From Vicugna vicugna (Eukaryota), in the NCBI GenBank assembly GCA_013265495.1, contig MU058650.1:585394-649393 (forward strand): 64,000 nucleotides of DNA, in the 5' to 3' direction. A program made the position numbers and the translations under genes. A model generated the notes under the pieces. It searched no databases, was not told the DNA's origin, and saw only the letters and a list, made by a program, of their open reading frames with translations. Below, one piece after another: positions 1 to 13,501 of the stretch. Positions within the stretch are counted from its first letter, which is position 1. Each line of letters starts with the position of its first letter.

Positions 1-907
1 TATCCCTACCTTAGAAAATTACACACGCACATACACCTCACCTGCAGTTTAACCCTGTGTACGTGTTCCCCAAATGAGATGTCTACCCCTCGCACCTTCT
101 CATACTCTTTTTTTTAACAGAGGGCAAACAGTGCTTTCTCGATGAACGATTGTGCACAAAGAAAGAGCAGAGATATCATGCTTTATACTCCTGCATAATT
201 TTGTAAGTAAAACTATTAAGGAAAATATCACAATGAGAAGAGCCATCTGCTGTATTCACATAGAAGGGGATGCACAGCAGACAGCACAACCCGTCGTGCT
301 GTGGTGACATTTCATCACAACACCAACAGAAAGGGAGGGGGCACTTGCTGCTCAAAACAGGAAGCAGGGCGGAGGGGAGGAAGTAAAGTCAAAGCAACAC
401 TTAGTAGATTTGGACCAAAAGGGACGGCTGCCTTGTTTTGATGCCACCACGTCCAAGAAAGCAAGGAAGAGGGAAAGGGATCATTGTCCTTCGGTGCCTC
501 AGGCAGACAACACTCTCTTCCCCAAGTGGCTTTAAAAGGCTTTGCAATCTCAGTTATCACTGCAGAAATCGGTCCTCCTCTGAGGAGAGACTCTGTAAGC
601 CAATGTCTTCTACAATTCCAAGCCTTTCTATCTTTAGGGTTATTAACTCTCCACACACCTTGAGCTGGGGTTCTTTTTCAAGTACTAAGTGCAGACTGTA
701 TTGGAAGATCATCGTGCCTTTCTCTACGTACTTTGTAGATCACTGTATTGTCATTATATATCTAATAAGAGCAATATTTTCTGCTAAGTGATTCAGCTGT
801 AGCCTTTAATCATTTTCCTAAATACTTCTTTCTACCTTGTACCCAGCACTTTTGCCTTCCAAATTATTTACAATCCTTTGCCTTCCAAATCTGAGTAAAG
901 ATGAGTT

Positions 908-1100
908 AACATTTGTTGAGAACCTACTATGCACCAGGGTCTGTTAACTTGTTGATTCATTTAATCTTTACAATGCCACAATAGGATGTGTTTTTCCAGT
1001 TTTACAAATATGAAAGTTTTACGCAGAGATTGTAAGTATTTTCCCCAAGGTCATGGAGCTGATAAATATTAGTTAGAATTCTAGTCCTGGCTTCTAACCC
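908..1100 (-). mobile_element. MIR SINE relic
   Basis: aacatttgttgagaacctactatgcaccagg ... catttaatctttacaa ... ccaaggtcatggagct resembles the reverse complement of the MIR core and 3' end. Confidence 0.7.
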
Positions 1101-3779
1101 CATGTATTTCCATTGAAACATGTTTCTTGCCTTCCTCTTGTAATTGTCCTCAAATGTCCTAAAATCACAGAGAAAAACAAATCTGATGAATTAAAATCAT
1201 AATGTGAGTAGTTTATTGTATTACATGTAAATATTACACGTTGGAATTATTTCCTGGAACACAACGTCATGGAAAAGCATTGCTCTGTGCAGAAGCTCTA
1301 CTTTCTAGTGGCTGCTTGGCTAGTAACTAGCCATATGACCAAAAGCAAGTTACTTAAACTCCCTGGGTCACAGACCCCCTCACTTCTAAAAGGGCTGGGT
1401 AACATCTCCATTTTGTCATTTTTCTGTTTGTGGAGTCATTTTCTTTCCAGACGTGTCTTTTGTCTAGAAAAATTTCCCCTCACAGATTATTAAGGTCAGT
1501 CAGTTCCTCTTTCCTTTTCCTATCACATCATCTTTCTGAGAATGCAATTCCTCTGCAAATCCTTTCTTTAACTGCCTACAATCTTCTTCTTATATGAAGC
1601 TGCCATGAATATGGTCCACAGAATTAAATGAATAAAAAAGAAAAATTTCAACTCAATTGTATTTGGTTAGATGTTCACCATCTCTCTGTCTGTTCATAAC
1701 CTAATTCTTTTGTCTGCTTTATTATATTATAGAAAGGAATTGTATCTTCCTTATAATAAGTCTGCAACTTATTAAGCTTGACAGCTAACAACAATAAGTA
1801 TGAATTATTACTGACTATCTTTGTATAACCTTGTTAATGTTAATAGACTTTTACTTAAATATGTCCAATTTGTCATGGGTATGCAATCTGTTATGTACTC
1901 ATTATTTAAAATTAATGAATATATTTTTAAATCCAATTTTAATATAAATACTAGAATTCTTAAAAATATTAGCATTAAGACTGAAATGTTATGCCCATGT
2001 CACTTGGTATAAAATAAACACTAGTGAAATGCTACTAATAAGACTAAATGACGATGTACTAGATCCCTTAGAATAATTAATGGGAAAATTGTTCTGCTTA
2101 AGGAATAAATCACAATTCATACTCATTTTTGTGATAATAATTTCTGGAACACGTTTTGGAGTGGATATTAAAATGATCAACTTCAGAATAAATAGATTAG
2201 TCCAACCCTAAAAACACGAGTTAGTGTTAAAATAATTCTAAAACATTTTTCCACCAAAAGATGATGAAATTTTAAAAATAAAACACGTTTACTCCGTTTC
2301 TGACAGTTCTCCTTTCAATGAGCAATGTGAGCATTAATTCCTCTTTCAGTGTACAGAAATGGATAGGCATCTGTACCACCACAGTGAACTAAAGTAAAAA
2401 TATTCCATATCTCTAATTCACATGGGGTCTAGTGATGGTCACAGAAGTAGGGGAACCCTTGTTTCCACATAAGCAGTGTGTAACTGTGTAGACATACTGC
2501 ACCAAGACCCCACCAGTGACTCTGCATTTCCCTCCAGGTTATGTAGACATAAGATGAACCTATCTTTGCTCAATCCAATAAGGATTTTGCACTTTTATCT
2601 CAGAGAAGACTGAAAGTTTCTTGGTTTTCAGCTTTTCTAAGTAATTTTTAATAGCAACCTAAATGGAAAGGAATGCTTAACAATTCAGTTTTTAAGGTAG
2701 TTGTAAATCACTTAATTAGGATTTATGTCTTAACAAGTTGGTAGCATTTAAATGTATAATATATATAAAGTAAACAATTTTTTAAATTTCATTCTTAAAT
2801 AATTATAATTATTTAATTATTTTAACTAAGTAATTAATGAAGTTGCACAGCTTCTCAGACCTTGAGACGAGATTGAACGTTGCCACTTCGTTTCTGTTCC
2901 CCATGGATTTTCCTGTGGTAGGAACTCCAAAAAAACCTTGCTTTGCAAAATGTATGAATTGGCTGAAATAATGTAGCACAATCCACTGTTAAAACTCTAA
3001 ACTACCTCAAGCTAATAGTTTTCTCAGTTTTCAACATGTTAAATATTGCTGTGTTTCCCTCAAAATGTTAACATATCCCCCTGCACTCCTGTGCATTCAC
3101 TGTATTGCCCCAGGCCTTGCTGGTACACAGTTTGGGTACACACCATCATTCCGTCCTTCCAAAGTTCTCAAGTCTTTTATCTTGACCACAGACTCTAACT
3201 GAGTAAACAGGCAATAAGAGCTTACAAATGTAAAATGAAAATTATGCATTTTAATGTCATTTTCTATTATAATAAATCTGTGTACAGAATGCTACCTAAA
3301 ATGTGATTTATGTTTAGTGCTTTATTCTATAATTTGAACTGCGTAATGTTTTAAATCATTAATCACCAATAAAGCTTTGAATACATAATAAGAAACAAGA
3401 TGATTTGAAAAGACACATACAATATTTGCTTTTGATATTTCTCACACATACACTCTTTTTACCAAGGGCTGTATATGCTGAGAGTTTAACAAAACAATAT
3501 TATCTCATGCAAAAATTTTTTAAGATTTTAAAATAATTCCTTCTTTTAAAAACTGACCCTGAAATCTATAGCTATTCTTTGTTTGAAAAGGACAGGAAAG
3601 GCATGGGTAAGGCTCATTATTCCCTATAACTTCCATTGTCAGACAAAGGAAAGAAGGCACTTTGTTGCATTTTGTTGATGGAGAAACAAAGGCTTCCAAA
3701 GATTGAAGGACCTGTCCATGGTCCAATGGCACATAGCTAACAGGTAGAGCTCTTAGCATGGCAAAAATCTCATTCCATA

Positions 3780-4012
3780 TATATATAAACAGATTTAAAA
3801 AAAAAAACAAGTTTCTTCTGTATAGCACAAGGAACCATATTCAGTATCTTGTAATAACCTTTAGAGAAAAAGAATATGAAAATGAATATGCATATGTACA
3901 TGCATGATGGGACACTGTGGGTCACAGCAGAAATTGACACACTGTAACTGACTCCACTTCAATTTCAAAAAAAGATGTTTTCCAACAGCACAGGGACAAA
4001 AATAAAAACAAA
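3780..4012 (+). mobile_element. 5'-truncated young L1 3' UTR end, with a short extension after the A-tract
   Basis: ctgtatagcacaaggaac...gaaattgacacactgtaactgac...cttcaatt; TSD ctcattccata at 3769-3779 and 4013-4023. Confidence 0.85.
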
Positions 4013-4174
4013 CTCATTCCATAGTTCTGTTGTAGAAGACTAAGAAAGACTAACCCTTGAGAGGGAAAAAAAATTCTAGCTCATTATTTGTAAAGAATAT
4101 CATTTGAGTTGTTTTCTCAGGTAGTAAGAATGCATTTTTGTTAATCCAATGACACATGCCCATCATGCCTAAGT

Positions 4175-4730
4175 TAATTCATCCGTATTCATTCATCTCA
4201 ACACATATATAAGTAACCAAAAGTTTAGCTAGTATTAAACCATGCACAGTGGGTATTACAAAGATATGATCCCTACTTTTGGAATACTTACACTCTAATA
4301 GGCCTGAGGAAAAGTTAAATAACACCAAAAATTAAATGGCTATATAAAATAGAACCAGACTAAGTGTTATATGGAAGATAAGTTATAATACTTTAAAAGA
4401 AAAAGAAAAGTGAACTCCATTTTCTTATGAGTGGAATGGGACTTGAATTGGCCTTTGAAGAATGGGTAAAATTTGAACAGGTGGAAATGAATGAATTGGA
4501 CATGGAGAAGAGAGAGATTATGTTGTGTTTGGAAGTACTGTCCACGGCATGCAAACTGGGTCAGAGAACAAATACCGAGGGACCGTGAGAAATAGAGTAA
4601 GAAACCAAAGACCAGACTGGGGAAGGCCTTACCGTGGACTTTCTCTGGCAGGCATTGAAAAAATCATTTTAACTTTTTGACCTGGCAAGTGACATGAAGA
4701 AAGTGTTATACAGGTCAAGAAAATCGACCC
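4175..4730 (-). mobile_element. L2 LINE relic (3' part)
   Basis: attcattcatc terminal repeat followed by purine-rich L2-like sequence (gccttgaagaatgggtaaaatttgaacagg-like). Confidence 0.55.
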
Positions 4731-6507
4731 ATTCATCTATACAGTCCATTATTCCCAAGAACATAAACCAACAGGGTGGATGCCTCAGTTTTGCAGGAAA
4801 TCTGTTGCACACCATTCAAATTAAGGCACATGGCCCCTTTATGATCTCCTCTCCTCCACATACACACACACACACGTAACCATTTTCTATATCACTCAAT
4901 GTGGGGCACACTCGCTACATATTATATGCCAGTGATGTTGTCCAAGAACATAATCCAAGTCAGTAAAATATATCATCTCCTTATTTCAGCTTCCTATTGT
5001 CTAAAGGGGCCAATTTTCAAAGCATATCAGTCATTAAACCGGCAGGAGTAAAGGTATCTTTTACAGAAACTTTTTAAAATTGAACCCACAAAAGATCCAA
5101 TAAAGTACCACTTCTGTGTCTGGGTCAGTGGTGTGTCTTGTACTTAACAAACAGACCAAAACATCCTTCACTGGATGTCCTTAATCACTTGGTTGACTCA
5201 GTGAAGAAGATTCTAAACTAAACTGGTTGAGAAAAATCATCCCACCTTGACTCGTACCAGATATATTCTGCTCTTAAATTCAATCAAAACATTTCCCTTT
5301 TCTATCAGAGAAAGATTTTAAGCTTGGTACCATTGGTTCCAACAACTGAAAGAGAACGTCATCCTCACAAACTGAAAAGACGGGTTTTCAGGAATTTCTT
5401 GTCAGTTAGTAGGTTAGAGCTAATATATACACTGAAAGCACTGTCAGCCAGGTCCAGGAGGTTAGAACCAGGAAGAATAGAGAAAGAGAGAGAGATGGCT
5501 GTAGGATATCAAGGGGGGGGGGGTGTCACGTGATCAGCAGTAAATACAACACTAGAACAAAGGTGGATCAGCAGAAATGAGGAAATGAATAGGCTGGACA
5601 GACACTGAAGCACACTAGACACGTTTGCCAACTGCACCCAGCATGAAGAACGGAAATGTTAACTCATGGGATCTTTGCTTAGAGACAGCACAGCGGAAAA
5701 TGCTCACTACTCATGTATGAGAAAACAGGTGAAAAAATGGTTTTGAAACTGAGTCATCTCCAAAACTTCCCATACACACTATCCCTTTTTATAAGGCGGT
5801 AGCCATCATTTTCAACCCCAAAAACCACTTCAAATAATTTGATGGGAGTGTAAATACAAATGCCACATTTAAATCTCACAATTAGTTCCAGTAGTTTTTT
5901 AGAAAGACAATTAAAGTATTTTTGAAACCAAGGTAGCGTTAAAGTCACCAACGGAAAGTGCTCTCTATCCATAGGTCTCCCCAGTCCTCCTTCATCACTC
6001 TTAGTTTGCATGGTGCTGTGTTTTCAGGAGGTTACGTAATGAACCGCAATAAAATTAATTGTCTCCAGGCTGATGAGGTCATAGCTCCTCAGTGTCCTTG
6101 ATTTCCAATTATTTTAGCAGAATTTCTTCCTCAGTTTTTCCTGCTCTATTTGGTGTCCTATTTCAAAAATGAACACCTTTGCTTTTTTTGCTGTTTGCTT
6201 TTTGTTGGTAGTTTTCCATTAGCAAAAAACAATACCTTATCCTTATTATACAAATGACATAATAAAATTTCTGGGCAATCTGGCCAGGCTTTTTTTTAAA
6301 GATCAACATTAATCACTAAAAAATAGTCTGAATGTATAAAATAGACTATAATATTGTTTATATGCTTTGGAATTAAGTAAACATGAGCATTGCCAAAGCT
6401 AGACTGTTACTCAAATCCATTGGGAAACAATAATTCATAACAAATTGATATTTTATCAACTTGTCACAAATTTCAATGTTCTAAAACAAAGCTATACATT
6501 CTTTTCT

Positions 6508-6541
6508 CACACACGCGCGCGCATACACACACACACACACA
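6508..6541. repeat. (CA)n(CG)n(CA)n compound microsatellite
   Basis: cacacacgcgcgcgcatacacacacacacacaca read directly. Confidence 0.95.
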
Positions 6542-7051
6542 AAACAATGTTTTCATAAGTTATTGGTACCTGGTTCCTAAGATACAAAACAGACATATTT
6601 CTATTGAGTGAATTGACAATTTGGAACAAGTTATTGGTACTTTCATACTTGAATGGATACTTACATAAGCAGAGAAAGATTTTACATCTATCATTAGCTA
6701 TGAGGAATTTAAATTGTAAGGATGAAAGTTCTTTACATCTTCTCTTTATTATCCCTACATTTATTTATGTGGAGCAGGCAAAAATAGAAAATGCAGAAAA
6801 TGCTTCCTTAAGGGAATGAAAGCATTCTCCTTTCTATTAAACATTATTTCATTATTTATTTTCCTTCTGTAATTCTGTGTAAAGCAATTTCTTATTAAAA
6901 CAAGAATCCATATCAAGGATGGAATTGGTTTTCTTTTATTCAACCTCTACTATAATTATTATCTGAAGACTTAAAAATAATGGCTTCTTACTGAAAACAC
7001 AAAAAAATGTTTCTGGTTTTATTGAGAAAATAATAAAAACCAACTATATAC

Positions 7052-8190
7052 ATTAATTCATTCCTTCAACCAACAAGCATTTATTGAGTAATAGTTTGTG
7101 TCAGGCACTGTACCAGGTTTTGTGAAGAGAAAGGAACATAAAACATAGTCTTTTTCTTCCAGGACCCAGCAATAGAGTTTTTTTTTAAAGCAACTTGGGA
7201 GAAACAAACACACAAACTAATACAGACTTTTAAATGGCAGGTTCAATAATGGAGATACACTCAGGGTAGAGAGAGGCACTGAACGCAAACTTAGGGAAAA
7301 GGAAGTTTTAAATGTCTTCTTGGAGGTAAAGATACCTAACTTGAGATTTTTTTAAATTGAAGTATAATTTTAAAGAATAAATGGAACTTCGAAGACAAGG
7401 GAGTTAATGACAGGGTGTTCTAGGCAGTGGATTAGCCAGAGTAAACAGAAAATTGAGAAACAGATGCGAACCAGGAAACACAAGGAGTTCAAAATTTTGA
7501 CTGTGGACTTAAAGCAAGGCTCAGCAGGCAGACAGGTCCCAGATCACAGAGCCGTATCACTTAGGGGTCACGTTTGCATATTAGAAAGATCATGTGACTA
7601 TGTGATGAACAAACTTGGAGAGTCAAAACTGCCAAAAGAGGAAAACTGTTAGGAAGCTGTTTGAGCGACACATAAAGGATATGAAGAATTTAACTAGATC
7701 TGTAGAAGAAGCCAGACCCTGTGCTTAAACCCCAACCTTCTTCTATGTATTCTTGCACAAGGCCCTGATTTCCCTATGCCTCAGCTTCTTTATCTGTAAA
7801 GTTGGTATAATAATGCTGATGAGAATCATACACTGTCATCTCTTTTGTAAATGAGGAAACTGATAATTGATATAAGGATGAATTCAAGGGGTCAGTTTAA
7901 ACAAATATATAGAAGGTAAGTTAGCAGGACATGGTGACTGATTTAATATGGGAACTAAGAGGGGAGTAAAATTTAAGAATGGCCCTATGTTTCCATTTTG
8001 GAGACTATCAACTGATGTAGAGAACAGAGGAAGAGGAAGTGGACTGGTGAAGATGATAAGGTCTACTACTTATAATTAAAGTTGAAATAGATCCGGATGA
8101 AAATATCCAGCAAGCAGTTACTGGAGAGAAAGCTAGGTAGGAGATACAGATGAGGACATAATTAGCATTTAGGTTTTAATTAAAACCGTA
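7052..8190 (-). mobile_element. L2 relic, interrupted by a MIR (~7700-7830) and by the L1 at 8194; resumes after 11684 to roughly 12550 or beyond
   Basis: attcattccttcaaccaacaagcatttattgag...tgtcaggcactgt is the L2 3' end in reverse; L2-like sequence is continuous across the L1 TSD. Confidence 0.7.
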
Positions 8191-8193
8191 AGA

Positions 8194-11100
8194 GGGGAGT
8201 GGCAAGATGGCAGAGTAGAAGGACCCTCGGAGCTCACCCTCTCCCACAAATACACCAAGAGATACATCCAGAGACCCACCCATTCACTCAGAACACCTGC
8301 TGAACGTTGGCAGAACATCACTTACTTCAAAAGGCAAGAAGATTCCTCACAAAATCTTGTAGGAGAAAATAAAAAAGAAGAAGAAAAAGGAAATTAGTGT
8401 GGGACTTGTCCCACAGGGAGGGCGTGGCAAAGGAGGAGTAGCACTTGTATCTGGGATGCCCCCTCTCCGAGCCTCAGAGGAGTGCCCAGCAGCTTCCTGG
8501 CCAACAGAACAGAGAGAAACTGGCAGAATGGGTCCCTGAGATCCCCAGCCCTAGACCCAAGCTGGCGGGGGTGGGCTGGAACTGGCTGCCTGAGCCCAGG
8601 CAGAGGGCTGGGGCTGACTGCGCGGAGGCAGCCTCAGGGGGCTGGAGTGTGCTATGGGGTGTGGCTGGGAGTGTATACAGAGCAGAACACCTGGGGCCCC
8701 CATAAGAAAAGCAGCACTGTTGGTGCACATTGTGGGCAGGGATGCGACGCAGCTGGGCCATAGCCACTGTCACCACAGGCCCATAGCACCATTGCTGGTG
8801 AACTCTTGCAAGAAGAGATGCCGGGCTCAGCCATAACCACCATATTTGCTGGTGCACAGCTCCCAGGTGGAGATGGGGTTGAAACCTAAATCCGTACCCA
8901 GGGGCTTCACAACTCATAGTTGGGACTAAGATTTGTTTACAGCCCAAGTAGAGGGAACAGATTTGCTCCTCGGGTGCCTTTATGGACCTGCACATCTGAG
9001 ACAAATGAGCAAGGAGCAGAGTTCTGGCACACAGCAAGGAGGAGTGCTGGTGCACAGTTTTCAGTGGATCTGTGTACTGTATACAAACACAGTGTTAGGG
9101 ACAGTGCTAACACGGGAGCGCACCGTGATCCAGGTGTGTGACTGCAGGGTTACTACAGCGGATCCTAGTGGCTGACATTGGCAGATCTGCACTGGGACCT
9201 CTGAGGGCACAGAACCTGGGGGACACCAGAGCAAAGTATTGACATTCCCGTGGCTAAAGCAGGGATGAGAGCAGAGTCCAAAGACTACTTGAAGCACTCC
9301 AACCCCACCTATCACACACTGCAGCTCAGAAACAGGTCTGAAAGCCTCCATTCCAAAAAGAGGGGAGCAGACCTGGCCTCTGTCAGGGCTGTGACAGCCA
9401 CAGAACAAAAATGGGGCCCCACTCAACAACCAGGACAGGCTCTGATCGCAACACCAGCCACATCCCCAATCAAAGGGGTAACAGGCATCATACGGAGAAG
9501 AGAGATGTGGCAACCTTCCATACTAAAATAGACCTTGCAACAAAATTATTAGTCATGCATAGTCTACACAGGAATGCTGCCTCTTAAATTAAAAAAGCAG
9601 CCCCTCAAGACCATAGTAGATTACTGATGCTCCTTAATCCATAGAGCCAAAGAGATATAACTAAAATGAGGAAACAGAGGAACCACTCCCAATTAAAACA
9701 ATAAGAGAAGCAAGACAAATGAATAAAAGGGATCCAAACTGGAAGAGAAGAGGTAAAATTGTCACTATATGCAGATGACATGATACTATATATAGAAAAC
9801 CTTAAAAGCGCCACACAAAGACTACTAGAGCTGATAAAAGAATTCAGCAAGGGAGCACAATACAAGATTAACATTCAGAAATCAGTTGCATTTCTTTACA
9901 CTAACAATGAAATATCAGAAAAAGAAAGTAAAGAAATAATCCCTTTTAAAATCACATCCAAAACAATAAAATATTTAGGAATAAATATGACCAAGGAGGT
10001 GAAAGATTTATACATGGAGAACTACAAAACATTGATTAAGGAAATTAAAGATGACTTAAAGGGATAGAAAGATATCCCATGCTCTTGGATTGGAAGAATC
10101 AATATTGTTAAAATGGCCATACTGCCCAAGGCAATCTACAGATTTAATGTGATCCCTATCAAATTATCTAGGACATATTTCACAGAACTAGAACAGATGA
10201 TCTTAAAATTTATATGGAATCACGAAAGACCCAGAATTTCCAAAGAAATACTGAAGAAAAAGAACAAAGCTGGAGGAATAACCCTCCCAGACTTCAGACA
10301 ATACTACAAAGCTACCGTAATCAAAACAGCATGGTATTGGCACAAAAACAGACACATAGATCAGTGGAACAGAACAGAGAGCCCAGAAATAAACCCACAG
10401 ACCTACATCAATTAATCTTTGACAAATGAGGCAAGAATATACAATGGAGAAAAGATAGTCTCTTCAGTAAATGGTGTTGGGAAAACTGGACAGCCACATG
10501 TAAATCAATGAAGTTAGAACACTCCCTCCCACCAAACACAAAAATAAACTCAAAGTGGCTTAAAGACTTAAATATTAGACACAACACTATAAACCTCCCA
10601 GAAGAAAACATAGGCAAAACATTCTTCAACATAAATCTTATTAAAGTTCTCCTAGGGCAGTCTACCCAGGCAATAGAAATAAAAGCAAAAATAAACAAAT
10701 GGGACCTAGTTAAACTCATAAGCTTTTGCACAGCAAAGGAAACCATAAGCAAAAAAAGACAATTTATGGAATAGGAGAAAATATTTGCAAATGATGCAAC
10801 TGACAAAGGCTTAATTTCTAAGATATATAAATAACTCATAGAAGTTAGTAACAGACAACCCAATCCAAAAATACAGAAGACCTAAACAAGAAATTCCCTA
10901 ATGAATACATATAAAAGGACAATAGGCACATGAATAAACACTCAATATTGCTAGTTACCAGAGAAACACAAATCAAAGCTACAATGAGGTATCACCTCAC
11001 ACCAGTCAGAATGGCCATCATTCAAAAGTCCACAAATGACAAATGCTGGAGAGGCTGTGGAGAAGAGGGTACCCTCCTACACTGCTGGTGGGAATGTAAA

Positions 11101-11671
11101 TTGGTGCAGCCTTTATGGAAAACAGTATGAAGGGTCCTCAAAAAACTAAAAATAGACTTATTGTATGATCCAGCAATCCCACTTCTGGGTATATATCTGG
11201 AGGGAACTCTAATGTGAAAAGACACCTGCACCCCAATGTTCATAGCAGCACCATCTACAACAGCCAAGACATAGAAATAGCCTAAATGTCCATCAACAGA
11301 TGACTGGATAAAGAAGATGTGGTATATTTATACAATGGACTACTACTCAGCCATAAAAAATAATAAAATAATGCCATTTGCAGCAACATGGATGGACCTG
11401 GAGATTGTCATTCTAAGTGAAGTAAGCCAGAAAGAGAAAGAAAAATACCATATGAGATTGCTCATATGTAGAATCTAAAAAAAAGAAAAAAGAAAAAGGG
11501 GGACATTAATGAACTCACCCACAAAATAGAACAGACTCACAGACACAGTAAACAATCTTATGGTTATGGGGGGAAAGGGGATGGGAAAGGATAAATCTGG
11601 AAGTTTAAGATTTGCAAATGTTAACAGATATATATAGAAATAGATTAAAAACAAAAACAAAGCAAAAAAAA
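8194..11671 (+). mobile_element. L1 with intact 5' UTR, ORF1 start fused to the RT/C-terminal half of ORF2 (large internal deletion), and a shortened 3' UTR
   Basis: Starts ggggagtggcaagatggcagagtag; ORF1 ATG at 9666; jumps at ~9710 to ORF2 ([33 protein letters not shown]); near-identical TSD aaaaccgtaaga 8182-8193 / aaacccataaga 11673-11684. Confidence 0.93.
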
Positions 11672-11705
11672 AAAACCCATAAGAATGAAGGAGATGAACA
11701 AGAGT

Positions 11706-12211
11706 ATAATGAGCTGAGCAATGACCTCCCCCCCAAATCAAAAAGATCTTCACATTTTAATTCTTGAAATTTGTGAATGTGTTACCATATATGACAAAAT
11801 GGAATCTGCAGATGTGATTAAGATAAGGAATTTGAGATGGAGAGATTATTCTGGATTATCTGGGTAGACCCAATGTAATCACAGGGTCCTTAAAAGAAGA
11901 ATGCAGGTGGAATCAGAAAGAAGAGATACAGTGATGACAGAATCTGAGATCTGAGTCATATACTTTGAAGTCGGATAAAGAAGCCACAAGCCAAAGAATG
12001 CAGGTAGCCACTAGAAGCTGGAAAGACAAGAAATGTTATTCTCCCTTCAGAGTCTCCAGAAGGAAGCAGTCCCTGTGGCACCTCGACTTTACTCCAGTGA
12101 AACTGATTTTGCTCTTCTGACCTCCAAAACTGTAAGAGAATAAATTTGTGTTGTCTTAAGCCACTAAGTTTGTGGTAATTTGTTACATCAGCAATAGGAT
12201 ACCGAAGCACA
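11706..12211 (+). mobile_element. MaLR solo LTR (MLT1D-like)
   Basis: gcagatgtgattaag...gagattattctggattatctgg...cccaatgtaatcacagggtcc...aataaatttgtgttgtcttaagccactaagtttgtggtaatttgttac. Confidence 0.85.
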
Positions 12212-13346
12212 GAGAAACTATAGTGAAAATAAAAGCAAACAAAAATACTTGAGCAGCACCAAATTCTAAGGACAGCTCTCAGAGGAGAAAGAGAAGGAAC
12301 AGACAAGGACTAGGAAGAAACAGGAGGGTGTCATGTCCAAGAATTTTAAGAATGGAGGACTAAAGAGTTAAACATGGCAGAGAAGTCTACTAATAACTTT
12401 TTTAAATGGACAATATTCACTGGATTTAGCAATAAGAAGTCTTCGGAAAACTTGCAGAGAGCAATTTCAGCAAAAACTTAGAAGCCAGTCTGCAGTAAGT
12501 TGAGCAGAATGAAAGGGAGGAAATGAAGATTCAAGTACTGACTATGTTTTACCCCAATTTTTATATGGAGATAATATAAATATAAAAAATAAGTATATAT
12601 TGTGATAATCAACAAATAAAGGCCCAGTCAAATACTATAGAATAGCAGAGAAATTTGAGTATGTGCAGAGTAATTATCTGTAGAAGAGAAAAAAAAAAGA
12701 AAAGGAAAGAAAAGAAAAGAACAAGGCCTTACAGTGTAGACAGATGCATAGAAAAAGACATCAAGACAGCTTTAACAACAGCAAAACATAACTGGTAGTG
12801 AGTAAGACCCGCGGATGCCCAAAATTAACCATGAAAGGAGTTGAAGAAAGAGGTAAATGTCTTGGAAATTTTAATACTAGTAAACATCACTGGAGTAAAG
12901 CACAAAGTACTGGAGAAAGATCAAAGGATTATTATCTGGTTTAACTCACAAGAGTTATAGTTGAAGGAAAGTGGAAAGTAGCTTTGGGTATATAAGTAAG
13001 GTTTTGTTTATGGCTTTCTATGGGTTTTCTTAAGTGGTGAAAATATCAGGGCTTATTAGGTAAAGATAAAATATCGTCAAATATAGAAGCTTAGAAAAGC
13101 TAAGAGAGGGCAAATAATCATAGGAATAGCATGAAGAATTAGTGGGAAAATCACCAATAGCGTAAATGACAGAGACAGTTTTCAGATTAAAATCTGAGAG
13201 GAGGAGAAGTTAAAAGTAACAAAATTTGTCTTGAAAAATAAACGTCAAAATTAATTCAGACATTTGCAAAAATTAGTCCAATGATCTATCAATGATTTGT
13301 CAAGCCCCTAGCACCCGTGTCTACCCGAAGAAGGAGGAATATGTAC

Positions 13347-13501
13347 CTCCTTCTTCCATGCCTCCTCCTCCTACAACGAAAGGAGGAGGATCTGGCACAA
13401 GCTGTGTATTTCCATCACATTCTTTTGACTTCCATACTATTGGTATTTCCTTCTGTATTTCATGCCACGGTATCTCCTGAGCCATTGTGAAACATTCTAC
13501 T
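13347..13501 (-). other. Candidate internal exon of an unidentified transcript
   Basis: Strong poly(T)-cacag acceptor, gag|gtacat donor, one open frame (VECFTMAQEIPW...GGMEEG); no recognised protein. Confidence 0.25.

Noticed and set aside
8445..9531. Cluster of long overlapping ORFs (up to 193 aa)
   Set aside because: They lie in the GC-rich L1 5' UTR, where stop codons are scarce; no protein resemblance.
13347..13501. Kringle-like ECFT..YRG motif
   Set aside because: It needs frameshifts, and the downstream Cys/Trp pattern is absent.
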